DNA of 63,719 nt, filler included, from Octopus bimaculoides (lineage: Eukaryota), in NCBI RefSeq assembly GCF_001194135.2. It is 6 parts of 5 records of this genome, joined end to end, with 100 filler letters (N's around TTAATTAATTAA, not from the genome) between each part and the next. Parts side by side here need not be neighbours in the genome. Positions count along the whole stretch, not along the records: positions 1 to 19,383 come from NC_069008.1; 5 more parts are not named here. One strand, 5' to 3'. The notes beneath the pieces were generated by a model. It was given only the letters and a program-made list of their open reading frames with translations. It did not search any database and was not told the origin of the DNA. The position numbers and the translations under genes were made by a program. Shown piece after piece: positions 1-11,640 of the stretch. The stretch's first letter is position 1. Each line of letters opens with the position of its first letter.

Positions 1-90
1 TATATGTATATATATATATATATGTATATATATGTATATATATATATGTATATATATATATATGTATATATATATATGTATATATATATG

Positions 91-123
<33 letters not shown>

Positions 124-192
124 GTATATATATGTATATATATATATATATGTATATATATATGTATATATATATATATATGTATATATATG

Positions 193-223
<31 letters not shown>

Positions 224-225
224 GT
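1..225. repeat. (TA)n / TATATG microsatellite
   Basis: Directly visible. The YI/IY-rich ORFs here are repeat artefacts. Confidence 0.97.
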
Positions 226-291
226 AGAATATATCCACCCTGAGTAGCTGTAAAGAGCAGTGATCTTTATTATAGCATTATACATACATAT

Positions 292-503
292 AACGAATGG
301 CTGCTGAAAAGTTCCTGGCTTTGAATAAAAGAAAGTATAGGAGGATCAGTTAATTGTGATATTATGTACCACATTCCACTCTTAGAGTCACACGCTTATC
401 GCAGCGGTACTTCAATTTTTAAAGCCCTGTAAAAGAACTTGGGTCTCCAAGCAGACCTTTTGCGATACTCTTAAAGCCAGGAACTTTTCAGCAACCTTCG
501 TTT
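292..503. mobile_element. Tc1/mariner-type MITE (~210 bp)
   Basis: Left end ...ACGAATGGCTGCTGAAAAGTTCCTGGCTTT (to 322) is the reverse complement, with 2-3 differences, of AAAGCCAGGAACTTTTCAGCAACCTTCGT (473-501). Both ends are TA-flanked. Confidence 0.75.
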
Positions 504-980
504 ATGCATGTATAATATATATCACGGATATATAATGATGAACAGAAGTCATCGTACTATTGTTGGGCACATCGTGGTATGTTGATTTTTGTTTATTTTT
601 TATGTCTCGACCATACGTGTACTGATGAACAAAAGATGCAGCTTACTTCACAGTTTTTGCTGTATTAATTGAGAAACCAGTGGTTTGCCGTTAAGTTAAA
701 TGTTTTTAGGAGATTAATTTTTGAAAGTTGCATTCCCTCGCTTTCGGTAAATATGTTGCTTATTTTTTGGTAGTTTTTGACGTTTTTAGTCCCTCTAAGC
801 GTGAGGCATTACTATATAGTTAATGCCCTTATATAAATTATATATTTATGGGAAAAAGACGATCAGTTTTTTTCCTTGATAAATTCTTATAAAGATTTTA
901 TCCTATATTATATTATTATATATGTACTAAAATCGAAAGGGATTGAAGAAGAGTTAGCTACCTTAAATAATTTGGTGAAA

Positions 981-990
981 CGCATGCGCA
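981..990. promoter_or_regulatory. NRF1-like CGCATGCGCA motif in the putative promoter of ZNF gene 1
   Basis: CGCATGCGCA matches the NRF1/EWG core. It is conserved at the paralogous position 9879-9888 and lies ~170 bp upstream of a conserved splice donor. Confidence 0.5.
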
Positions 991-1153
991 TACGAAGTGC
1001 TTCCTATTTAATGTTGGTGTCTAATTAAATGTTATGTGCATGAATTTTTCTTTCTCAGCTGATAATCCTTATAATGCGTTCTTAAAATTTATTTCTCAAC
1101 TACCAGAAACACACACATATATATAACAACACTATCCCTTATGAAACATTTCC

Positions 1154-1159
1154 GTAAGT
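1154..1159 (+). promoter_or_regulatory. Splice donor ending the putative non-coding exon 1 of ZNF gene 1
   Basis: CATTTCC|GTAAGT, a consensus donor, identical in the paralog at 10034-10039. Confidence 0.65.
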
Positions 1160-1264
1160 ATTAACCAATGGAAATATTCAATGTTTTCAACTCTGTAGAC
1201 GTTCGGTTTTTGGCGCGTCAATTCTTTGTGTCTGTTCTGTATTTCATGAATGAAAGACGTCCAC

Positions 1265-1383
1265 GATTTGTGCGAGATCTGGCTGCTATTTCTAGCAGTG
1301 AATGAGAGGTTCTATGACTTGTGCGGGATTGAGCTGCAATTTGTAGCAGTGAATGAGAGATTCTATAATTTGTACGAGATTTG
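1265..1383. repeat. ~51-bp degenerate minisatellite in intron 1
   Basis: Units resembling TTTGTGCGAGATCTGGCTGCTATTTCTAGCAGTGAATGAGAGGTTCTATGA occur 2-3 times. A paralogous array lies at ~10145-10290. Confidence 0.7.
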
Positions 1384-1576
1384 GGTACTACTAAAGCAGC
1401 GTGGTCCCGAACGCGCAGTCACGCGTCCGCGCTAGCTAGTCGTGAGTGGTAGATCCTAACCCTAATCGCGTATTCATTTGCGCGCGCGCGCGCATTTTTT
1501 GTAGGATCGACCACTCACCACTAGCTAGCGTGGACGCTCGACTGCGTGTTCGGGAACACGCTGCTTTAGTAGTACC
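1384..1576. mobile_element. 193-bp MITE with 75-bp TIRs and 9-bp TSD (Merlin- or Mutator-like)
   Basis: TIRs 1384-1458 and 1502-1576 differ at ~7 positions and start GG / end CC. TSD CGAGATTTG lies at 1375-1383 and 1577-1585. The paralog carries a single CGAGATTTG (~10255). Confidence 0.9.
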
Positions 1577-2620
1577 CGAGATTTGGTTGATATTTCGGCA
1601 CTACTTAAATGCAGCGGTCCCGATGCATCTACGTAACGATATAAAGTGGCGGGTTGGGGGGAGTACTGTAATTTTACCAAAATCATTTTTAATGATGTAA
1701 AGGGCCACACAGTTTCGCCTATTGCTACTGCTACCCCCCCCCTCCACACAATATCGTCTGTTTTTAGCCTGATATTTTTACAGCGCCCACTCGTTATCTT
1801 TAGTTTTTAGGGTTAGGGTCAGGTGGTGTGCACACGCTTTACATTCGCCCATTGTGTGATATTGTAATCAACTTTTGTTTTTTTACCAACAATACGTGTC
1901 ATTACACGTCCACACAGCATATGCTTTTTTGTTACGTAACACACCAGGCAGGACTTTTGAAAAAAATCTACCAACTTCTTCGGATCGTTTGCAATAGTTG
2001 TAACCAGAAATATATCGATTTTGATTTACGCGAGGGCCGCTCAAATGAAGTCAGAAGTTTTTGTAGAACGAGATTATCTCCCCTTTATCTAGAAATGTTG
2101 GGACCTGTACGCTGTTGCCCCTTTAGTTTGAGAAATATTCTCAAATACACTCCAACCACTGAAATGTTTGGAAACGAATACTTTTATTTTGATTTATCGA
2201 TTGTTTCTCAGTATTACCGATGTGTGCACAACCAACTGGTAATTTGTTTCCTCATAACTTTCTAAAAAATGAGTCATTTGAAATAATGTTTTCTGTAAGT
2301 GTTTCAGATGATGTGGATAAGGATTATGTAGGAATTTGTTGTGAAAAGTACAATTGAATGAGGTTTATGAATAATTTATACACCTTGACTTTCTTTCCAC
2401 GTCTTGTAGATTTGAAATTATGCTAAAAATTAAAGTAGAATTCGTTTGAAAATGATGGGTATGGGGAAGCCTTTTATGAAAAAGTTATGAAAATCTGATT
2501 TCCACCCTGTTTTACGACACCAAACACCATTACAATTCCTGGGTAGCATGCAGTATACAGTATTGAAAGTAAGTGGATGGTTTTGTTTTTGTTTGTGTAA
2601 TAGAATATAAGTTAGATATA

Positions 2621-3008
2621 CTCTTTTACTTGTTTCAGTCATTTGACTGTGGCCATGCTGGAGCACCGCCTTTAGTCGAGTAAATCGACCCCAGGACTTA
2701 TTCTTTGGATACCTAGTACTTATTCTATCGGTCTCTTTTGCCGAACCGTTAGGTTACGGGGACGTAAACAAACCACCATCGGTTGTCAAGCGATGTTGGA
2801 GGGACAAACACAGACATACATATATATATATATATACATATATACGACAGGCTTCTTTCAGTTTCCGTCTACCAAATCCACTCACAAGGCTTTGGTCGGC
2901 CCAAGGCTATAGTAGAAGACACTTGCCCAAGGTGCCACGCAGTGGGAATGAACCCGGAACCATGTGGTAGGTAAGCAAGCTACTTACCACACAGCCACTC
3001 CTGCGCCT
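2621..3008 (-). mobile_element. Full-length tRNA-headed SINE (family A) with an internal (TA)n tract
   Basis: On - it starts AGGCGCAGGAGTGGCTGTGTGGTAAG...GGTTCCGGGTTCATTCCC (A/B-box-like) and ends ...GACTGAAACAAGTAAAAGAG. Partial copies occur at ~33450-33605, 34465-34660, 36530-36630, 36720-36925 and 37720-38025. Confidence 0.85.
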
Positions 3009-3354
3009 AATATATATATATATATATATAACTTATATTCTATTATCTAGTATATATAAATTGCAGTATGTATGTGTATAATGACTAAAGCATACATTTC
3101 CACAATTCTTAGCACAATTCTCAACCGATTTTCTCCAGACTTTACCTACACATTCGTTATGTCTTAAGGATAGTCACGGACTATAACATTCTGCCCAGAA
3201 CTCCTTCGTAAATGGACATAGTTTTTTCAATGTAGGGTCTTCCATACTCTTTAATCTACATCATAGTATTTTGGCATTAGAGAATTTTTTGGACTATGAT
3301 TAAATTGACCACGAACACTACATGATGAATATCCAATACCAAACAATTTTATGG

Positions 3355-3520
3355 ACCTCAGTCTTTTGTCATATCACATGAAAGGTTTGGCATTCTGAGT
3401 TCGCACTTCAGTACTTCATTCCATGTCTTCCTGGGTGTCCCACTTCTACATGTTCCCTCTATTTTGAGAGCTTGGCACTTCTTTAGGGAGCTGTTGGCAT
3501 TCTGCTCAGTTGTCAAGGTA
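3355..3520 (-). mobile_element. RTE-like LINE ORF2 C-terminal remnant in the intron of ZNF gene 1
   Basis: The minus strand encodes ...KCQALKIEGTCRSGTPRKTWNEVLKCEL..., a GRPRKTW-type RTE C-terminus. It is nearly identical to 12030-12195. Confidence 0.7.
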
Positions 3521-3960
3521 AATGTCTATTTTTACAGTTTATCTCAATACAAATGAATCCATATTTTTTAAGTAACCTCTACATCTTACGCTGTTGTTTC
3601 TATCTAATTTCAGAACATCAGACAACGTTGACATAACAGAAGAAACATCCTCAATATCTATCCTGTTTTGAAGACAAAAAGAAAATATTATGCGAAACAG
3701 ATGTATCAGATTGTTTCTACAAATATGTGAGAGAATTCCTGTGAAACATTTGCTCTGATATATTAGTATTATTAGATAAATTTGTGCACCTCCCTGACTG
3801 GAGTGTGAAGAAGAGGAACCTGTGTGCTGATAAAATTGGATACATTTATGGAATTTTTGCTAAACTGGACAGAAATTCAACCGTAGAAATATTTGTAAGA
3901 AATAAAGCATACGAACAAAAACAAGAAAAATATATATTCTTGGATTTGAGAAGAAAAATA

Positions 3961-5301
3961 ATGGAAGAGAGAGAGAAAATTGTAGAATGGATTTCCTCAG
4001 AACACATGACAAAACAGATGAGATCATATGACAGTGATATGTATACAAGGTCCTTCCTTCAAAACAGTAGCCTAAGTTTTCATACAGGGGAAAAACCATA
4101 TCACTGTGATGTGTGTGGTAAATCATTCTCCCAAAGTATTCACTTAACTACACACAAACGTACTCATACAGGCGAGAAACCATATCATTGTGATGTCTGT
4201 GGTAAATCATTCTCTCAAAGTAGTCATTTATCTACACACAAACGTATTCATACGGGAGAGAAACCATATCACTGTGATACCTGTGGTAAATCATTCTCTG
4301 AAAATACTGCCTTAACAAAGCACAATCGTATTCATACAGGAGAAAAGCCATATCATTGTGATATCTGTGGTATATCATACACCGATAGTAGCACCTTAAC
4401 TATGCACAAACGTGTTCATACAGGAGAGAAGCCATATCAGTGTGATATCTGTGGTAAATCATTCTCTCAAAGTAATCAATTAACGAAACACAGACGTATT
4501 CATACAGGAGAGAAACCGTATCACTGTGATATCTGTGGTAAATCTTTCTCTGCTAATAGTTCCTTAATTATACACAGACGTGTTCATACAGGAGAGACAC
4601 CATATCATTGTGATATTTGTGGTAAATCTTTCTCTGAAAATATTGCATTAACAAAACACAATTATATTCATACAGGAGAGAAGCCATATCTGTGTGACTT
4701 CTGTGGTAAATCATTCTTTCATAACAGTAACTTAACGCAACACAAGCGCGTTCATACAGGGGAGAAACCATATCATTGTGATATCTGTGGTAAAGTATTC
4801 TCTCAAAGTATTCACTTAACTAAACACAAATGTATTCATACAGGAGAGAAACCATTTCATTGTGATGTCTGTGGTAAATCATTCTCTCATAATAGTGTCT
4901 TAACTGTACACAAATCTATTCATACAGGAGAGAGACCACATCACTGTGATGTCTGTGGTAAATCATTCTCTCAAAGCAATCACTTAACTGAACATATACG
5001 TATTCATACAGGAGAAAGACCATATCAATGTGATATCTGTGGTAAATCATTCTCTAATAATAGTAACTTAACACAACACAGACGTATTCATACAGGTGAG
5101 AAACCATTTCCTTGTGATGTCTGTGGTAAATCATTCTCTCAGAGCATTCACTTAACTATGCACAAACGTATTCATACAGGAGAGAAGCCATATCACTGTA
5201 TTATCTGTGGTAAATCATTCTCTGAAAATAGTAAATTAACGAGACACAAACGTATTCATACAAGAGAGAAAGGGAAAAGCGAGCATCTTTTGTTTTTGTA
5301 A
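3961..5301 (+). CDS. C2H2 zinc-finger protein 1 (446 aa; 14 intact fingers plus one degenerate N-terminal finger)
   Basis: Tandem CxxCGKSFS...HxxxH-TGEKP units. The first in-frame ATG is at 3961; the ORF-track start at 3784 is GTG. An acceptor TTTCAG lies at 3608-3613, and the coding region is one exon. Confidence 0.95.
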   Translation: MEEREKIVEWISSEHMTKQMRSYDSDMYTRSFLQNSSLSFHTGEKPYHCDVCGKSFSQSIHLTTHKRTHTGEKPYHCDVCGKSFSQSSHLSTHKRIHTGEKPYHCDTCGKSFSENTALTKHNRIHTGEKPYHCDICGISYTDSSTLTMHKRVHTGEKPYQCDICGKSFSQSNQLTKHRRIHTGEKPYHCDICGKSFSANSSLIIHRRVHTGETPYHCDICGKSFSENIALTKHNYIHTGEKPYLCDFCGKSFFHNSNLTQHKRVHTGEKPYHCDICGKVFSQSIHLTKHKCIHTGEKPFHCDVCGKSFSHNSVLTVHKSIHTGERPHHCDVCGKSFSQSNHLTEHIRIHTGERPYQCDICGKSFSNNSNLTQHRRIHTGEKPFPCDVCGKSFSQSIHLTMHKRIHTGEKPYHCIICGKSFSENSKLTRHKRIHTREKGKSEHLLFL

Positions 5302-6159
5302 TGTTCACCTCCTTTCTCTCCATGTTATAAGGACTTCTATACCAAACCTCTTCCTCCTGTGGACAATCTTACACAGTATTCTTTCTTGAATATCACATCC
5401 TGTACAGTATATTTCTTGTTTATTATGTTTTAAATGTTTCACTCAGTAAATACGTTACACAATAACATCTGTTATGACTCTTTCATACACAGGAATATTG
5501 TAAAGTTGTCAAATATGTACATAAACATGACCCCCCCCCCCCAAGTACAAAACAGAAGAGACCACAAAGAAGAACATGAGGCATAAGTATAGTTTAGTGC
5601 CCCACAACAGATTGATTCCTTGTTATTTTCTTTAAATTAAACTTTGCAGAGATATGTTTTCAAGGGTCCAGATTAGGAATACTTTCATTCCATTTCAAAA
5701 GCATATTTCAAACGGAATACTGGTTCAAGCAATTCTTTTCTGAGAGTTTGTCAGGAACCCATACATTATAGCAAGAAATGTATTCTAGTTTCACTAGCTT
5801 TTCAGGAGTTGTACTTCCAACTCCTCTACAATCATGTAAATATCTGTATGAGATATTTACATGATGGACAACAGAATTATTCCCTGTCTTTATGTGTTAA
5901 CAACTCGAAATAGTTGTTTAGCAGATAATTCTAAACAAAAGCCAGTTCACCTATGATCTATTTCTAGTGTCATTTATTTTATGTATGACTAATTGAGCAA
6001 CATGTGGCTTTATACATGCTGGGTGTTTGGGTTAAGTTTGACAGTTTGCATAAAAATAATATAAAACACAGTATCCCATCCAAAAATAAAAGTATAATAA
6101 AAGACCAAAAAACATCAACTAGATTATGGTTGGGAGATAGACTGGCCTTCATAGGATTT

Positions 6160-6456
6160 TCGAGCAAGATCGTTGCCAGTGCCCCTGGACTGGCTCTTGT
6201 GCGGGTGGCACATAAAAGACACCATTTTGAGCGTGACCGTTGCCAGTACCGCCTGACTGGCCCTCGTGCGGGTGACACGTAAAAGCACCCACTACACTCT
6301 CTGAGTGGTTGGTGTTAGGAAGGGCATCCAGCTGTAGAAACTCTGCCAAATTAGATTGGAGCCTGGTGTTGCCATCCGGTTTCACCATTCCTCAGTCAAA
6401 TCGTCCAACCCATGCTAGCATGGAAAGCAGACGTTAAACGATGATGATGATGATGA
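6160..6456 (+). mobile_element. RTE-LINE 3'-UTR-like interspersed repeat with a (GAT)n tail (family C)
   Basis: Ends AGCATGGAAAGCAGACGTTAAACGATGATGATG and contains GGAAGGGCATCCAGCTGTAGAAAC. Other copies lie at ~11750-11900, 16290-16555 (-), 38520-38610, 44545-44720, 50100-50250, 60620-60680 and 61335-61500. Confidence 0.75.
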
Positions 6457-7489
6457 GATAATAGTTTACTCAAGGTGGACACATTTAGCTTCCACCACCA
6501 TATTATGAAGTCTCTGCGACCTGACATATGCATTCCTCTATAAAAAATTTTCTAACGTTTTTCTCAACTAAATTAATCATAAACTCAGATTCAGTGTGAA
6601 AAAGTACATCAATATACTAAGTTTGAACATTTTCAGTTACTATTGATGCTTGAAAATCTGTGACGGCAACAAAAAAGGCCTCTCTATTTGTCTGTCTCTT
6701 TCACTTTTCATTTTCCTCATGATAAACTGTATATTTGCCACACTCTCTCTCATTCTATATAAAGTATATAGCTCTCACTTTGTGTGTATATGTATGCAAA
6801 TATGTGATGAATTTTGTTAGTGCAACAGGATGATTTAATCCTTTCAATACTAACCCGGCCGTAAAGCATTATGTGCCTCAAATGCTCTTTGGATACTTCC
6901 ATGTTAGAAAGGGTTTTAATCAAAGAAATTTTAATTCTATTATTCTGTAAAATAATTTCTAACTAGTTTAAATGTACACAAATGCATAAAAATAATTTTT
7001 AATTCCATTAGACATTCTAAAATACTATTAAATTTCATTCAATTTTAAAAAAGGTAAAATCGGACAGAACTTATGGGATGACCTGGTATATGTGTTTGTT
7101 GATGTATATATGCTTATGAAGTGCATGTGAGTGNNNNNNNNNNNNNNNNNNNNNNNNNNNNNNNNNNNNNNNNNNNNNNNNNNNNNNNNNNNNNNNNNNN
7201 NNNNNNNNNNNNNNNNNNNNNNNNNNNNNNNNNNNNNNNNNNNNNNNNNNNNNNNNNNNNNNNNNNNNNNNNNNNNNNNNNNNNNNNNNNNNNNNNNNNN
7301 NNNNNNNNNNNNNNNNNNNNNNNNNNNNNNNNNNNNNNNNNNNNNNNNNNNNNNNNNNNNNNNNNNNNNNNNNNNNNNNNNNNNNNNNNNNNNNNNNNNN
7401 NNNNNNNNNNNNNNNNNNNTATATGTATATATATATATATATGTATATGTATATATATATGTATATATATGTGTATATATATGTATATA

Positions 7490-7546
<57 letters not shown>

Positions 7547-8779
7547 GAATGTCTGAAGCTCCTGTACATAGCTAAACATAAATGCTTCATCCATATGTAG
7601 TTTCATATTATGAAAAATTCTTCTAATGGGAAATTCCTTACATGTTTACATTACATATAAATTGCGATCGGAAAATGAAACACATGTAATGGAGAATAAA
7701 TAATACCAAAAACATTTCTATTTTCCTCTCCTATATACACATATATGCACACAGCTGTATCTGTGTGCGAGTGAGTTCGTATATCTCTTTGTCTCAATTA
7801 CTATTCACAGGCGTCATTTACTTGCATTGCATGTTGTAACCATGTCTAGGTTGCTTGACATGTACTGACATACCACACGATCTTTGTGAATACAGGGCTC
7901 TTTGAAGTGGTGTCCTCAGTTTCCAGAGTTGCATATAACAGTGTTAGGTCTAGACTAGGAGATTTATTACTTCACTTGGAACAGATGGCATTTGGCAGCA
8001 GAAAGAGAACCTGACCACAGAAACCTCTGCTTCAACATACTCGTCTAACCCTTACAGCATTGTAAAATAAAAGTTCAAAAACAATAGTACATGTGGGAGG
8101 GAGGGTGTTTGTAACATCTAATAAAATGTACCACCTTCTTATCCTCCTCGTCCTTCACTCTTGATAGCTGTTGATGTTGGACTATGTTCACCAAAAAGAT
8201 TTTTCACGATATAATTGAGAAAGCTGCACATTGGTATTAAATATACACAGACAATTGAGAAATGCCTTTATAGCCAATACAACAACATTGGTGTCGAGAC
8301 ACTGTATCGTATAGAATTTCTTGAAAAATTTTTTTTTTAAACCCTAAGAATTTATTTGTATTAAAAGCATCAAGAATGTAGTTAGAGATGGAGTGATGTA
8401 AAATATTGTGCTAGAAAGCTGTATCTACATCTGTTGTATTTCTTTTGATGTATGAATAAATTTAAACTTAATGATTGTTGAGCATTTGTTTCTTATAGAA
8501 GCAAGTTTGACAGGAAAGCATTTTGCTGCATGCTGTAGGAGGCAAGTAGAGATTGGTGCCAAGAAAGGTCAACCAACTGTAAATAACAGCCTAAAAACGA
8601 GAGCCACAACGAATGGATTAATTGTTTCTGTGGCTAAAACCTACAAAGCTAACCTCAATTTAAGCAATTTTAAAATGCCTGTTGATGTTGTTATGAAGTG
8701 TCACCTTTATATAATTACGTTCTCATATCAATAGAAACATGCTTAGCTAAGACATGACTTTCAGAGAATGATTCGATGC

Positions 8780-9740
8780 AGATATCACGACTAAGCTGAA
8801 ATATTTGGGTGAAGATGGCAAAGAATGAATGGCCCAATGAAGATAGAAGGGGAAGGGCGTGGTGAGCAGTGGCATATAAGAACGTGATAGGATGGGCAAT
8901 AAAGTCAGATATTAATATGCACGCATACAAACATGAATAAATTAACTGGAAAGGGATTTCTGAAGAGTTAGCTCCTGGGGAAGACTGTGGGCTTTGATAA
9001 GAGGCAGCTATCCAGCCTCTTCGGGTCGAGATTTCTGGATAACTACTAGAAATCCTTGACCTGGCTGTGCTACTGATTGGCCTTACCAGTTTGGGAAAGG
9101 TTATCAAGGCATAGTTATGACACTTCCCCCCACGTGTCTGAGGTGCAGGCATGCCAATGAAACGGTCACGCACGCCTTCGTACACTGAGAGGAGTTGAGG
9201 GAGTTGATAACCTATGCCGAACAGCTAATGTCGGATGCGAAAAGAGTACGGCTCTCGACTGAGTCCATGATAAAGATTGTACCACCTTCCTCTTTCTCCA
9301 GAGAAAAGAAGACAGTATTTCTTTGTGTAGTAACCATATTGAAAGACACAGTATGGAAGATGTGAGCGAAATGGATCGCGACAGGCCAATTCATCTCCGG
9401 ATGAGGGCTAGTGAATTACTTCACTGCCCATCTTTCCAGTAAGATCCGTTAGGAGAGGAGGAGCCTGCCGATAAGAATATTTGAGAAAAGATGGATGAAA
9501 GTCGTAAGAAAGCTGAGAATGCAAGGAGCCATGATTGCACGGTCGGTCCAAGCATAAAAGGACGGAAATGGTTACCAAAAAAGGAAATCAACCGGTAGGT
9601 TAGTTCACTAATCTGAAGAAATTAAAATACCATCCGTCATACATATCTATAAACCCATCCATTTTAATCTTTTGTAAAGAGTGTACCTGTCCCTTGTTTG
9701 TCCCCTCTATGTATCCTTTTTATAAGGAAGTAAAGAAAAT
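8780..9740 (+). mobile_element. Decayed Tx1/L1-clade LINE 3' end (zf-RVT region and 3' UTR)
   Basis: Reads ...TCLRCRHANETVTHAFVH*EELRELITYAEQLMS...VFLCVVTILKDTVWKM*, a CxxC...H...C motif with stops. The same family occurs at 31745-32110. Confidence 0.7.
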
Positions 9741-9878
9741 CTGTGCATGAGTTTTTCTTTCTCAGCTGACGATACTTGTAATATGTTCGCACACAAGCAA
9801 ACACATATAATTAACTTGAATATACTAAAACCGAAAGGGATACAAGAAGAGTTAGCTACCATAACTATTTTCGTCATA

Positions 9879-9888
9879 CGCATGCGCA
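9879..9888. promoter_or_regulatory. NRF1-like CGCATGCGCA motif in the putative promoter of ZNF gene 2
   Basis: Paralogous to 981-990. Confidence 0.5.
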
Positions 9889-10033
9889 TTGAATGTATTT
9901 CATCCATATTTATATTCGGTTACGTGTCTTGTCCACTTCATCGGTTGAGAATATATATATAATGCTTATAATGCATTTCTCAACTACCAGATACACACAT
10001 ATATAACAACACTATCCTTTACGAAACATTTCC

Positions 10034-10039
10034 GTAAGT
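10034..10039 (+). promoter_or_regulatory. Splice donor ending the putative non-coding exon 1 of ZNF gene 2
   Basis: CATTTCC|GTAAGT, paralogous to 1154-1159. Confidence 0.65.
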
Positions 10040-10299
10040 ATTAAACGATAGAAATAGTCAATGTCTTTAATTCTGTAGACGTTCGGTTTTTGGCGCGTCG
10101 ATTCTTTGTTTCCCTTTTATGTTTTATGAATGGGAAATGTATATGTTTAGTGCAGGATTTGGTTGCTATTTCTAGCTTTGAAGGGAAAATGTCTATGATT
10201 AGTGCGGGATTTGGCTGCTATTTCTATGTATCGAAGAGAGGTACCTGATTTCTTCGAGATTTGTTTGCTATTTCTAGCTATGAAAGCTACCTTCTACAC

Positions 10300-11640
10300 A
10301 CTCCATTTGTTTCCAAAATTAGTCTAATAGGTGTAAAACAACTTGCTCTGAACGAATATTAAAAAAAAAAAAAAAAAAATGCGAGTCACGAACGGTGGGG
10401 TGGGGAGAGGACTTGGAATATTCACATCGTCAGTCCATGGCCTCTAAACTATAGTGTCTGACCTGAGCTCAAGAATTTTTAAAAAATTAGTCTAATACGT
10501 GTAAAACCCCGCCTTTCGCGTGAGCTCATTTTTTTCTTCTTTTTTTTTCGTATACGTTCAGAGCAAGTTGTTTTACATTTATTGCACTATTTTTCTTTTC
10601 TTTCATGGCTCTGGTGAGGTGACTCGGAACGTTCACGATGTGAATAGTACTTTGCAATTCATGTTAATCGACTTTGTATGATGGAGTTCGCCGATTTGGT
10701 AATGACAGTGAGGCATTAGATTGTTTTCGTAGACACAATGTTATTCCCGGTACTGTAGATTGTCCTACATGTAATTCAACTTGCATCTTCCGATGTCGAA
10801 AGATTGTTCGCCGGCGTAGACAAAGGCCCACGGAATGTGGATATTCTGTATTCCTCTACCATAACACGTTTTAAGAGTGCAGCCAGTTACCACCGTGGAA
10901 GGTTCCTTTGTCTGTGAACCACTTCCTTACAGGCAGTTGGTCGCATAGATCAATTATGGAAAATTTGACTGGAGATCTTTCTGTTCGGAAGTTTGTCAGC
11001 ATCGGGTGGAGAATCACCAAGATCAGATCGGTGGGCCAGGAGTCGAAGTGAAAATTGATGAGACTGTTTTCGTAAGGAGAAAATATAATCGTGGAAGACT
11101 TGTGAAAACTATCTGGCTTTTCGATGGAATAGAACGAGAAACCGAAAAGAAAAGAAAATTTTTGATACCTCTCGGAACATTCACGATGTGAATTTTCCGA
11201 GTCCTCTCCCCCACCCCGCTTTCACGAGCGCGCATTTTTTTTTTTTTTTTTTTTCAGATTCATTTAGAGCAAGTTGTTTTACACCTATAACACTATTTTC
11301 CTTTTGTTTTTTTGCTCGGGTCAAACACTATAGTTTAAAGGACATGGTCCTTTTTGCCGAGTCCTCTCCCCACCCTCCTTCGCGAGTTTTTTTTTTCATA
11401 TTCGTTTAGAGCAAGTTGTTTTGCACTTATTACACTATTGTTCTTTTGTTTCTTGTCTCTGGTGAGGCAACTCGGAACATTCATGATGTGAATTTTCCGA
11501 GTCCTCTACTCCACCACCAAAACCCTGTTCACAAGTGCACATTTTTTTTTTTTAATGTTCGTTTAGGGCAAGTTGTTTTACACCTATTACAATATTTTTC
11601 TTTTGTTTTTGTTTGTTTTTTGCTCGGGTTAAACGCTTTA
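10300..11640 (+). mobile_element. Decayed Merlin (IS1016/ISXO2-like) DNA transposon with ~150-bp subterminal repeats
   Basis: Coding remnants at ~10670-11170 include ...GTVDCPTC... and QIGGPGVEVKIDETVFVRRKYNRGRLVKTIWLFDGIERET. The repeat unit (GATGTGAATTTTCCGAGTCCTCTCCCC...GAGCAAGTTGTTTTACA) occurs direct at ~10510, 11180, 11355 and 11480, and inverted at ~10330-10470. Confidence 0.8.

Noticed and set aside
1265-1383. Spaced repeats in ZNF intron 1 and the SINE array considered as CRISPR-like
   Set aside because: The context is eukaryotic, the repeats are degenerate, there are no unique fixed-length spacers, and there are no cas genes.
3784-3960. N-terminal extensions given by the ORF track for ZNF1 (3784), ZNF2 (12572) and the propeller ORF (19358)
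   Set aside because: The starts are GTG/TTG, not ATG. The ZNF1 extension is not open in the paralog, and the propeller frame continues upstream into the spacer.
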